Of a stretch of DNA of 64,000 bases, positions 56,255 through 64,000 are shown in pieces. Under the pieces are notes generated by a model. That model saw only the letters and a list, made by a program, of their open reading frames with translations. It had not been told where the DNA came from and searched no databases. The translations under genes were made by a program, and so were the position numbers. Source of the DNA: Planctomycetota bacterium (GTDB lineage: Bacteria > Planctomycetota > B15-G4 > JADJEK01); the NCBI GenBank assembly GCA_044225365.1, contig JBGAIQ010000005.1:32001-96000 (forward strand), read 5' to 3'. Position 1 is the stretch's first letter. Each line of letters starts with the position of its first letter.

Positions 56255-57124
56255 TCAGCACCGCGTTCGCATCGGCTCGCGGGCGCGCTCCTGCGCGGCG
56301 GGTGATTCGAACTTCTTGGCGGATGCGTGGGCCCACATCTTCTCGATGTAGGTCACGGCGTCGGGCGTCTTGCACGCGGTGTCGCCGTGGTCGACCTCGA
56401 CCATGCCGATGCGCTTCGCCGCGGCGAGCGCCGCCTTGCGAAGCGTCGCGTTGCGGCCGCCGATCGTGATCACCGCCATGTTCATGACCGCGCGCTCAGA
56501 ATTCGGAGCGGAGTGGATCGATCTCTCGATGTGGGCGAGCCGATCGAGGAAGTAGCTGTCCGGAGTCGTCTCGTCGAGGTTTGCAAGGCAGCTGGAGAGG
56601 GACCAGCCGGCCGCGCGCAGCGCGTCGTTGTCGGACGCGAGCCACTCGCGGGCCAGGGCCGCGCCGTGCGGACTCTCCGCCGCGAGCATGGCGACGTAGG
56701 CGCCGCACGACCGCGAGTGAATTTCACGAGCCCAGCGCTCCAGTTCCTTCGGCTCGACCCGCGCGGGATCCGCGATCTTCAGCGCCAGGATCCGGGCGTC
56801 GTAATTGCCCGTATCCCACAGCGCGCGCGCAAGGTCGTGGTCGACTCCGATGCGCTTCACGAGCACCTTCAGCGTCGCGAAGCTGACGCCGAACATCGGC
56901 TCCTTCGCGCCGTGCCGAAGGTATGTCTTCCGTGTCTGCGCCGAACCGGCGGCTTCGAGCTCCCGCATCACTTCGGTGAGGGAGGAGCGCGTACCGGACG
57001 TCTTCCCTGTCTTGACGGGAGCGCCCGCGAGGGGCTTCTTCGTCGCGGCTCTCGTGGCGGTCGCCTTCGTCGATCGGAGCGAACTCGTTTTCGCCGTCTT
57101 CGGGGTCGTGCGCGTCGGTTTCAT
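56255..57124 (-). CDS. DNA alkylation repair (AlkD-like) protein with K/T/A-rich N-tail
   Basis: RHGAKEPMFGV, DHDLARALWDTGNYDAR, IGMVEVDHGDTACKTPDA. Confidence 0.85.
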   Translation of the reverse strand: MKPTRTTPKTAKTSSLRSTKATATRAATKKPLAGAPVKTGKTSGTRSSLTEVMRELEAAGSAQTRKTYLRHGAKEPMFGVSFATLKVLVKRIGVDHDLARALWDTGNYDARILALKIADPARVEPKELERWAREIHSRSCGAYVAMLAAESPHGAALAREWLASDNDALRAAGWSLSSCLANLDETTPDSYFLDRLAHIERSIHSAPNSERAVMNMAVITIGGRNATLRKAALAAAKRIGMVEVDHGDTACKTPDAVTYIEKMWAHASAKKFESPAAQERAREPMRTRC

Positions 57125-57294
57125 GGTTTCATGATACTCCGACGAGGACGACGTGGAAGGGCCCTGCGCTCCCCCGCAGTGAGCGCGGGAACGGCGAACT
57201 GCCGGCGAAGCGAAACCCACGGGTCGCAGCCAAGTGCCCCTACTCGGTCGGGTATCCTGCGCAACAGTGGGTTCACGAACGGGAGTGTTCCGCG

Positions 57295-59856
57295 ATGCAG
57301 CCGGAGCGATTCAAGCAGTGCCGCGCGCTGTTCGAGCGTGCGATGGAACTCGATCCCGCTGCGAGGGAGAAGTTCTTGCTCGACGAATGCGCGGGCGACT
57401 CCTCGCTGCGCCGCGACGTCGAGGCCTTGATCGAGTCCGACCTAAGGGCGAACGAGCGGGAGTTCCTGCGGCAGTCGCGACTCGGCGAAGTCGTCGGCGA
57501 GATGGTCGATCAAGTGACGGACCTGACCGGCTTGAAGATCGACCCCTTCCGGATCGTGCGGCCGATCGCGACGGGCGGAATGGGCACGGTCTACGAGGCC
57601 GAACAGGAGAGCCCACGACGGCGAGTCGCGCTGAAGGTGCTGCGCACGATGTTCGCGGGTGCGACGGTGCTGCGTCGCTTCCACGTCGAAGCCGAGATCC
57701 TCGCGCGTCTGCAGCATGCGGGAATCGCGCAGGTCTTCGCGAGCGGGACGCATCGGATCGAGGGCGAGGGATTCCGGGTGGATCTGCCCTGGTACGCCCT
57801 CGAGCTGCTCGAGGGCGCGCTGCCGATCACGGCCTTCGCAAGTCAACGCGGACTCGACACGACCGCACGCATCCGCCTCTTCGTTCGCGTCTGTGACGCC
57901 GTTCACCACGCCCATTCCCGCGGCGTCATTCACCGCGATCTGAAGCCGGCGAACATCCTGGTCGCCGCGAACGGCGATCCCAAGGTGATCGACTTCGGTA
58001 TCGCGCGTGTGCCGGCCGGCGAATCCGATGGGACCGCGATGGCGACCGCGACGGGCGAGATCGTTGGAACGCTGCGCTACATGGCGCCCGAGCAGTTCTT
58101 GGGCGATCCGGATGCGATCGATACGAGGACCGATGTCTATGCGCTCGGCGTCGTCCTGTTCGAACTACTCTGCGATGCGTCTCCATTCGATCTCGATGGC
58201 AAGAGCGTGACGGAAGTCAGCAGGATCGTCCGCGAAGAGGATCCGAGGAGTCTGCGCTCGACTCGCCGCCATCTCTCGGAGGAACTGCAGTGGATCGTCT
58301 CGCATGCGCTCGAGAAGAAGCCGGAGCTCCGCTACGCCTCCGCCGCTGAACTGAAGGACGACCTCGAACGGCACCTCAAGCATGAGGTCCTGATCGCGGG
58401 TCCGCCGAGCGCCTCGTATCGGCTGCGCAAGTTCGTCGCGCGGCATCGCTTCGCACTCGGAGCTGCGTTCGCCATCGTCGTTTCTCTCATCCTCGGTCTC
58501 ATCGCGTCGCTCATCTCACTCGAGCGCGCTCGAATCGCGGAGGCCCAGGCCTCGAAGGATGCGAAGACGGCGCGCACGGCCGAGCGGAAGGCGACGGAGG
58601 AGTCCACGGTATCGCAGCACGTGATCGGGCTGTTCGAGCGCGCCTTCTCCGAAGCGATCGTCGGGAACAAGGGCCGCGACCTGAGGGTCGTCGACGTGCT
58701 CGACGAGTCGAGTCGATACGCGGACGAGCAGTTGAAGACGGAGCCGCGAGTCGCGGCCGCTTTCCATGGCAAACTGGCCGAGCTCTACTACTCGCTCGCG
58801 GAACTCGAAGCCGCCGACGATCACTTCACGCGTGAGATCGAACTGCTCCGGACCCTTCCCATGAACGAGGTCGCGCAGGATCTCGTCACCACGGATCTCG
58901 ACCTCGTTCAGATCAAGAACCTCCGATCGAAACCCGACGACGCGCTCGCCGTTCTTTCGGATGCGAGCGACACGGCGGCGAAGTTCCTGCCAGCGAACGA
59001 TCCATCGGTCGCCGGGATCCACCATCGTCGCGGCGCGGTGTATCTGCGGTTGAACCGGCTGCACGACGCGGAGGCGGAGTTTCGAATCGCGGTCGACCTG
59101 CGGAAGGCGCAGTTCGGCGCGGAGGAACAGGACACGCTCGATTCGATGAACTCGCTCTCCGTCACGCTGATGGAGGAAAATGATCTCGAGACGGCCGAAC
59201 CCTATGCGCGCGGCGTCGTCGAGGGCCTCGCGAAGATCCGCGGCCAGAATCATCCGTTCACGTTGATGGCGACCAAGAACCTCGCTTCGCTCCTTCGTGA
59301 TCGCGGCAAGTATCAGGAGGCGTACGACCTCGTCGCTCCGACGGTGCCGATCCGAGAGCAAGCCTCCGGAACGGATCACCCGGACACGCTCGATACCAAG
59401 GTGATGATCGCTCAGCTCCTCGGCTATCTCGGGCGCCGAAGCGAGGCCGTCGATCTCCTTCGGTCCCTGCGGGAGGCATTCGTCCGTAAGGCGGGCCGCG
59501 GCAGTCCGAACACACTCGACGCGGTCGCGATCCTCGTCGGGATCCTGAACACGGAGGGCCGTTATTCGGAAGCCGAGGCGGCGGCGAGGGAAGGCCTTCA
59601 GGGCCTCACCGGTACCCAACCCCATACGACGACGGCGGGGATCGGCGAGATCCGGTGCGGACTAGGCTACGCGATCGGCATGCACGGCAACTACGAGGAC
59701 GGGCTCGACGAGATCGACGCCGGACTCGATCAACTGAAGAAGACGAGGGGCGAGAGCCATGGCTCGACGCTGCGCGGAGTGAAGCTGCGCGCGGCACTCG
59801 AATCGAAACGCGACGCCGCCCGCGGAGTCGGCGAGCAGAAGTCGGGTGGGAACTGA
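57295..59856 (+). CDS. Membrane Ser/Thr protein kinase with TPR repeats
   Basis: TGGMGTVY, VALK, HRDLKPAN, DFG, GTLRYMAPE, DVYALG; TM segment; HPDTL-type TPRs. Confidence 0.93.
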   Translation: MQPERFKQCRALFERAMELDPAAREKFLLDECAGDSSLRRDVEALIESDLRANEREFLRQSRLGEVVGEMVDQVTDLTGLKIDPFRIVRPIATGGMGTVYEAEQESPRRRVALKVLRTMFAGATVLRRFHVEAEILARLQHAGIAQVFASGTHRIEGEGFRVDLPWYALELLEGALPITAFASQRGLDTTARIRLFVRVCDAVHHAHSRGVIHRDLKPANILVAANGDPKVIDFGIARVPAGESDGTAMATATGEIVGTLRYMAPEQFLGDPDAIDTRTDVYALGVVLFELLCDASPFDLDGKSVTEVSRIVREEDPRSLRSTRRHLSEELQWIVSHALEKKPELRYASAAELKDDLERHLKHEVLIAGPPSASYRLRKFVARHRFALGAAFAIVVSLILGLIASLISLERARIAEAQASKDAKTARTAERKATEESTVSQHVIGLFERAFSEAIVGNKGRDLRVVDVLDESSRYADEQLKTEPRVAAAFHGKLAELYYSLAELEAADDHFTREIELLRTLPMNEVAQDLVTTDLDLVQIKNLRSKPDDALAVLSDASDTAAKFLPANDPSVAGIHHRRGAVYLRLNRLHDAEAEFRIAVDLRKAQFGAEEQDTLDSMNSLSVTLMEENDLETAEPYARGVVEGLAKIRGQNHPFTLMATKNLASLLRDRGKYQEAYDLVAPTVPIREQASGTDHPDTLDTKVMIAQLLGYLGRRSEAVDLLRSLREAFVRKAGRGSPNTLDAVAILVGILNTEGRYSEAEAAAREGLQGLTGTQPHTTTAGIGEIRCGLGYAIGMHGNYEDGLDEIDAGLDQLKKTRGESHGSTLRGVKLRAALESKRDAARGVGEQKSGGN

Positions 59857-59871
59857 TCCGGCGACGCGGAG

Positions 59872-60783
59872 CTACGGGGTGACGGCCTTCACCGCGTTGC
59901 TCAGGGCCACACCGTTCTTCGCGGCAGGATCCTGGATCGCGTACTGGAAGTAGAGTTTCGTAGCCGACGGGACGTTGCTCGGCCACGTGAACGGCAACGC
60001 GATCGCGCCCGAACCAGTCGTGTTCAAGGGCAACACGAGCGCGACGGGGAAGGCCACGAGCGTTCCACCGAGGAAGGGTGTGGGCGCACTGGAAAGCGAG
60101 ACGAAGAGCACCGCGGGCGACGACGGTTTCGCCGAGGAAAGCGTCAGGGAGCCGGTCGAGGCCGGAGCGAGCGTCCCGGAGCCGACGAGACTCGGGACTC
60201 CGTTTCCACCTGGCAGGCCCGAACCGAGATTGCTCCACGGCGAAGGCACTTCGGAGAACGAGACCGAGGTGTTCACGGCCGGCCACAATGCGTCTTCCTC
60301 GGCCTGGATCCCGTAGGTCGCCGTCCCACCCTCGCCGCCGAGCGATGCCCCGAAGTTGAAGACGAGCGTGACGTCAGCGCCCGCATCGCTCATCAACAGG
60401 TTCTGCAGTGGCGCGAGGAGCTGGTGGTTCGACACCTGGAATCCGTACACGTTCGGTGTCGTAGAGATCAACGTGCCGGAGAACAGCGTCGAACGCTCGA
60501 ACGTGTGCGGAACGAAGACGTACGGATTGCTCGGACTCGCCGCGAGCCCCACGCTGGCAGGAACGTGGAACAAGAGGACGCTCGTGGGATCCACTTCCGT
60601 CGCGTTGCCGTTCGCATCGAGGTCCACACCGATGAGGCGACCCGAGATCGATGATCCGGAGTAACTGATCGTGAAATCGAAGTCGGCGGGCGCCGCGAGG
60701 GCGGATCCACCCGCGGCTCCGGCGAATAGGGCGAACACCGGGAATCCGACCGATGCGGCGAGACGAACTGCTTGGAGCCTCAT
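59872..60783 (-). CDS. Secreted hypothetical protein with shared C-terminal domain
   Basis: GAGG before ATG 60783, signal peptide; C-terminus PFLGGTLV...FQYAIQDP...LSNAV. Confidence 0.82.
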   Translation of the reverse strand: MRLQAVRLAASVGFPVFALFAGAAGGSALAAPADFDFTISYSGSSISGRLIGVDLDANGNATEVDPTSVLLFHVPASVGLAASPSNPYVFVPHTFERSTLFSGTLISTTPNVYGFQVSNHQLLAPLQNLLMSDAGADVTLVFNFGASLGGEGGTATYGIQAEEDALWPAVNTSVSFSEVPSPWSNLGSGLPGGNGVPSLVGSGTLAPASTGSLTLSSAKPSSPAVLFVSLSSAPTPFLGGTLVAFPVALVLPLNTTGSGAIALPFTWPSNVPSATKLYFQYAIQDPAAKNGVALSNAVKAVTP

Positions 60784-60856
60784 GCCCAACCTCACGACTT
60801 CAGGGGTGGATCGACGAAAACTTCGAGGGCGACCACGATCGCAGCACCGTCTCGAT

Positions 60857-60885
60857 TCAGACGAACTCCCGAACGGGGATGTTCC
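60857..60885 (-). promoter_or_regulatory. Putative ECF-type promoter
   Basis: Minus strand GGAAC-17 nt-CGTCTGA about 75 nt upstream of ATG 60783. Confidence 0.45.
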
Positions 60886-60940
60886 ATCGGCGACCTCCGG
60901 GATCGATCGGCGCTTTGGGGGCAGCTCCGATCGGACCCTG

Positions 60941-61150
60941 TCACTTCGACAACCGCACGCCGCTCGCGACGATCGTCAGCTCTTTCTGATCCCCGACGAT
61001 CTTCATCGCGTCCTCGTGACGCCCGGCGTCTTCGAGATCATGACGCGCCTCGCCCTCCGGAACGGTCTTCACGGAGAACGTTCCCTCGAGCACCACCGAG
61101 CGGCCTTCGCAATCCGTGGGGACGAAGAACCCGTAGTCCTCCGTGACTCT
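60941..61150 (-). pseudogene. 3' remnant of a DUF4920-family gene
   Basis: Manual translation RVTEDYGFFVPTDCEGRSVVLEGTFSVKTVPEGEARHDLEDAG...LTIVASGVRLSK*; in-frame TAG shortly upstream and no start codon between. Confidence 0.7.
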
Positions 61151-61219
61151 GGGTTCGGGTACGAATTCTTCACTCTACCCAACGTCGGGCCGGCCGATGC
61201 TCCGCCGGTCCTCTGCACC

Positions 61220-61287
61220 CGGCGGTCACGGACCGCGTCCGCCGCCGCCGTTTTCGGCGGTTGCGGACCGCGTCCGCCGCCGCCGTT
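61220..61287. repeat. Tandem 33-bp direct repeat (period 35)
   Basis: cggcggtcacggaccgcgtccgccgccgccgtt vs cggcggttgcggaccgcgtccgccgccgccgtt, 31/33 identical. Confidence 0.85.
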
Positions 61288-61409
61288 CGAGATCGACCCG
61301 GGGCGCAGCGCGTGAAAGTCGCGCCCGCAGCTCGGGTCGAACCTGCGCGCGCTCGAATTCAAAATCCCGTCGCTGCTGCTCGACGCGGCAGGCGTGATCG
61401 ACCCCGGAT

Positions 61410-63806
61410 TCAGTACTTCTCGAGCGTGAACTCCGTGCCCAAGGCGTCCTTCAGTTTCTGCACGCCGGCGAGAGTCACCTTCGGGCACTCGCGGATCGAA
61501 AGACACTTCAAGTCGGGCAGGGAAGCGAGCGCGGAGAGTCCGTCATCCGTGACCGCGAGTCCGATCAACGACACGTACTCGAGCGACCGGATCCGCGAGA
61601 GCGAGGAAATCGCATCGTCCGCGAGCGGGGTGTAGCCGATCGTCACGTCCTTCAAGTCTTTCAGTTTCACCAGGGCCTCGATCCCAGTCGCGCTGATGCT
61701 GGAGGAGTGGCTGAACGTCAAGCTCTCCAGCTTCGGAAGCGAAGACAGTTGCTCGAGTCCTCGATCCGTGATCTTGGAACTCCCCCAGATATTGATCTCT
61801 TTCAGGTTGGAGAGGCCTTTCAGGGATGCGAGCTGTTCATCGGTCAGGGCTTTGGACCAGAAGAGGCTGAGGAGCTCGAGTCGTCCGAGATCACCGATCG
61901 CCGCCACTCCGGCATCCGACAGGCGAGTCGCCGAATGGAGCCGCAGCTTCGTCAGCTTCGCGAGGGGTCGCAGATGCGCGAAACCGGATCCGGTGATCAT
62001 TTCGCCGGACAGCGTGAGCTCTTCGAGAGTTCGGAATCCGCCGAGTCGGCGGAGGCCTTCGTCGGTGATGCCTTCGCAGTCGCCGAGGTCGAGGAATTCT
62101 ACGTTGTCGAGAGCTTCGAGTGCTGCGAGGTCGGCGTCGTAGAACGTCGCGCTGCCGACCTTGACCCTGCGCGTCGCGGCCGGCAAGGCGCGCGCGTCGC
62201 CCGCCCCATGGACGGTGACGGTCTCGGTCGATGACGCAGCGGTGCTCGCGGCCCCTCGAAATCGCGGTGCACCGGACCGCAACAGGGTGAACGTGGTTGG
62301 AGACTCGGGTAGGGCCCGAGTTGGCGACCCGGTTAGGGCCCGCTCTCCGCCTTGCCCGCCGCGATACCGGACCTCGCCGAGCGTGTCGGCGCCCACGAAT
62401 CCTTGGACCAAGACGTCGTACTCGTTCGTTGAAGAAGAACCGAGGGGATCGAGGTTGCTCGCGACTTCCACGAAGACCGACGCCGTCTTGATCGGATCCG
62501 GCTCGCGATCGATGAAATTCGCCGTCACGCGGAAGCCGCGCGGGTTCTCGAGCCGCCATCGATCACGCAGCGTGTCGTAGCGTATCGAGATCGACTTCAG
62601 GATCTTCGCGCTGACGGCGGCCTCCCGGACCTGCTTCGTTTGCAAGGCCCGCTCGATCGCCGTGTCCTTGCCGAACAACGAATCCTTCATCACCTCCTCG
62701 TAAGGTCGCGAGACTTCTGCGTCGAATGCCGCCGCGGCAGACGAAGCGATCCATCGCGTGCGCTCGGTCTTCGACTCGCGCCGCAGCGTCGCGATCTCGA
62801 CGACGAGATCCATCTTGATCCCCGATGCGAGGGTGTAGGCATCGTGGGCCACGACGTACCGGTGGAGGTTCTCACGCCGCGAATCGAGTGGCTTCAACCC
62901 GATCCGCTCGAGCACGGGCTCCAGTTCGGCAAAGTCTCGGTCCAACGCGTCGCGCTGGGTGACTCGCGTCGCACGTTGCAGAAGCCGCTGATAGGAAGAT
63001 TCGCCACTTGCGAGGATCGTTCCGAGGTCCGTCGCGAGCGTCTCGATTGCCGTTGCCGGAACGAACTCTCGGCGCCGCCAGCTCGACGCGTCGATCCGCT
63101 TGCCGTCGCTTCGAGAGGATTCCTCGGCGCGACACCCCAGGATGACTCCGCGCGCACGATCCTCCGCCGACTTCACGAAGGTCATTCGCAGTCCGATCGA
63201 CGGCGGCGGTTCGCCGATGACGCGCGTGGCGATGTTCGCTCGAAAGAGATCGATGTCGTCGAGCACCGGGTTCGAGGTTCTGGTCTCGGCAACCGCCCAA
63301 CTCGCAAGGGCTTCGCGAATCATCGACCCCTCTCGAAACGATTCGTCCAACGTGCCCTGCTTCATCGCGGCGAGAGAACCCGAATGAAGTCCGACGACGG
63401 GCGTGCCGATCGTGAACCTCGGGGGCACGGCGTTCGTCGGTGCGTTGCGGCGTTCGTGCACGGGAAGCACGAGATAGAGATCCGTGCCGAAGCTCTCGCT
63501 CACCAGGTGCGCGTTCTCGATCAGGAGATAGCGGTAGTTCGTCGCGCCCGACGCTTCGGGATCGAGCGTGGACTTCTGCCCCGCTGCCTGCAATTCGTCG
63601 CGAACCGACTCCCATTCGCGACCTTCGAACGCTGCGCGGCACACGTCCTGGGCTCTCGTGAGCCGGGACTCGGGATCCCCGATCTCTTCAGCCGCGATTG
63701 CGCGAACCTTCGAGAGGACGACTGCAACTTCGTCCGCGGCGGCGCCCTTCTCGACGCCTGCGAACGTGACGACTGCGACCAGAACCCCGAATGTTCGCAT
63801 GATCAC
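61410..63806 (-). CDS. Secreted protein with C-terminal leucine-rich repeats
   Basis: GAGGAG RBS, signal peptide; LxxLxL...ITDxGL repeats over the last ~230 aa. Confidence 0.85.
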   Translation of the reverse strand: MIMRTFGVLVAVVTFAGVEKGAAADEVAVVLSKVRAIAAEEIGDPESRLTRAQDVCRAAFEGREWESVRDELQAAGQKSTLDPEASGATNYRYLLIENAHLVSESFGTDLYLVLPVHERRNAPTNAVPPRFTIGTPVVGLHSGSLAAMKQGTLDESFREGSMIREALASWAVAETRTSNPVLDDIDLFRANIATRVIGEPPPSIGLRMTFVKSAEDRARGVILGCRAEESSRSDGKRIDASSWRRREFVPATAIETLATDLGTILASGESSYQRLLQRATRVTQRDALDRDFAELEPVLERIGLKPLDSRRENLHRYVVAHDAYTLASGIKMDLVVEIATLRRESKTERTRWIASSAAAAFDAEVSRPYEEVMKDSLFGKDTAIERALQTKQVREAAVSAKILKSISIRYDTLRDRWRLENPRGFRVTANFIDREPDPIKTASVFVEVASNLDPLGSSSTNEYDVLVQGFVGADTLGEVRYRGGQGGERALTGSPTRALPESPTTFTLLRSGAPRFRGAASTAASSTETVTVHGAGDARALPAATRRVKVGSATFYDADLAALEALDNVEFLDLGDCEGITDEGLRRLGGFRTLEELTLSGEMITGSGFAHLRPLAKLTKLRLHSATRLSDAGVAAIGDLGRLELLSLFWSKALTDEQLASLKGLSNLKEINIWGSSKITDRGLEQLSSLPKLESLTFSHSSSISATGIEALVKLKDLKDVTIGYTPLADDAISSLSRIRSLEYVSLIGLAVTDDGLSALASLPDLKCLSIRECPKVTLAGVQKLKDALGTEFTLEKY

Positions 63807-63854
63807 TCCTCTCGACGCTCCAACTGCAGCGATCCGGTCACGATCAGGAGATCG

Positions 63855-64000
63855 TCAGGCGCGCGTAGCACCGACGCGCTGACGCGGGAAGCGCGCAGCC
63901 CCGGCAGTGTACTGGACGAACCCCACGAGCGTCCCGCCGGGGATCAGCAATGGAGCGCTCGAGAGGGACACGAGCAGCCGCGCTTGCGCGAAGGGGTTCG
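63855..64000 (-). CDS. 3' end of a gene running off the window, with a partial copy of the shared C-terminal domain
   Basis: Translation NPFAQARLLVSLSSAPLLIPGGTLVGFVQYTAGAARFPRQRVGATRA* resembles KPSSPAVLFVSLSSAPTPFLGGTLVAF. Confidence 0.5.
   Translation of the reverse strand, partial: NPFAQARLLVSLSSAPLLIPGGTLVGFVQYTAGAARFPRQRVGATRA

Noticed and set aside
60671-61315. 214-aa plus-strand ORF
   Set aside because: Better explained as the antisense of the DUF4920 remnant and the adjacent promoter region.
1-64000. Prophage, integrase, transposase, defence system or riboswitch
   Set aside because: No recognisable motifs seen; a covariance-model or HMM search would be needed to exclude divergent cases.

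Overview
GC-rich bacterial chromosomal segment, probably Planctomycetota. This is inferred from the ECF sigma/Ser-Thr kinase modules and the FG-GAP, NHL and LRR secreted proteins. About 43 CDSs and two tRNA-Arg genes (CCG at 23208-23284 minus; TCT at 56127-56203 plus) are supported. Housekeeping genes (ribH-nusB-ftsY, purD, Fur family, modBC) are interleaved with accessory secreted-protein and signalling loci. No integrase, transposase or CRISPR array was seen. Main observations: (1) four unrelated signal-peptide proteins, plus a fifth degenerate copy at the window edge, end in the same ~120-aa C-terminal domain (Qxxxx-DP...[ST]N[AG]h), a candidate protein-sorting or surface-anchoring signal; one cargo is a nine-heme cytochrome c. 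(2) A two-gene cassette is bracketed by inverted arrays of TCGGTC/TCGTAC units whose ends form a 24/27 inverted repeat. (3) Divergent sigma54-type promoters sit in a di-heme/DUF748/DUF547/quinoprotein/cytochrome c locus, and the window also holds a giant kinase-AAA-GAF-sigma54 activator. (4) An unannotated DUF4920 gene remnant. All family assignments come from motifs recognised by eye; no searches were run.
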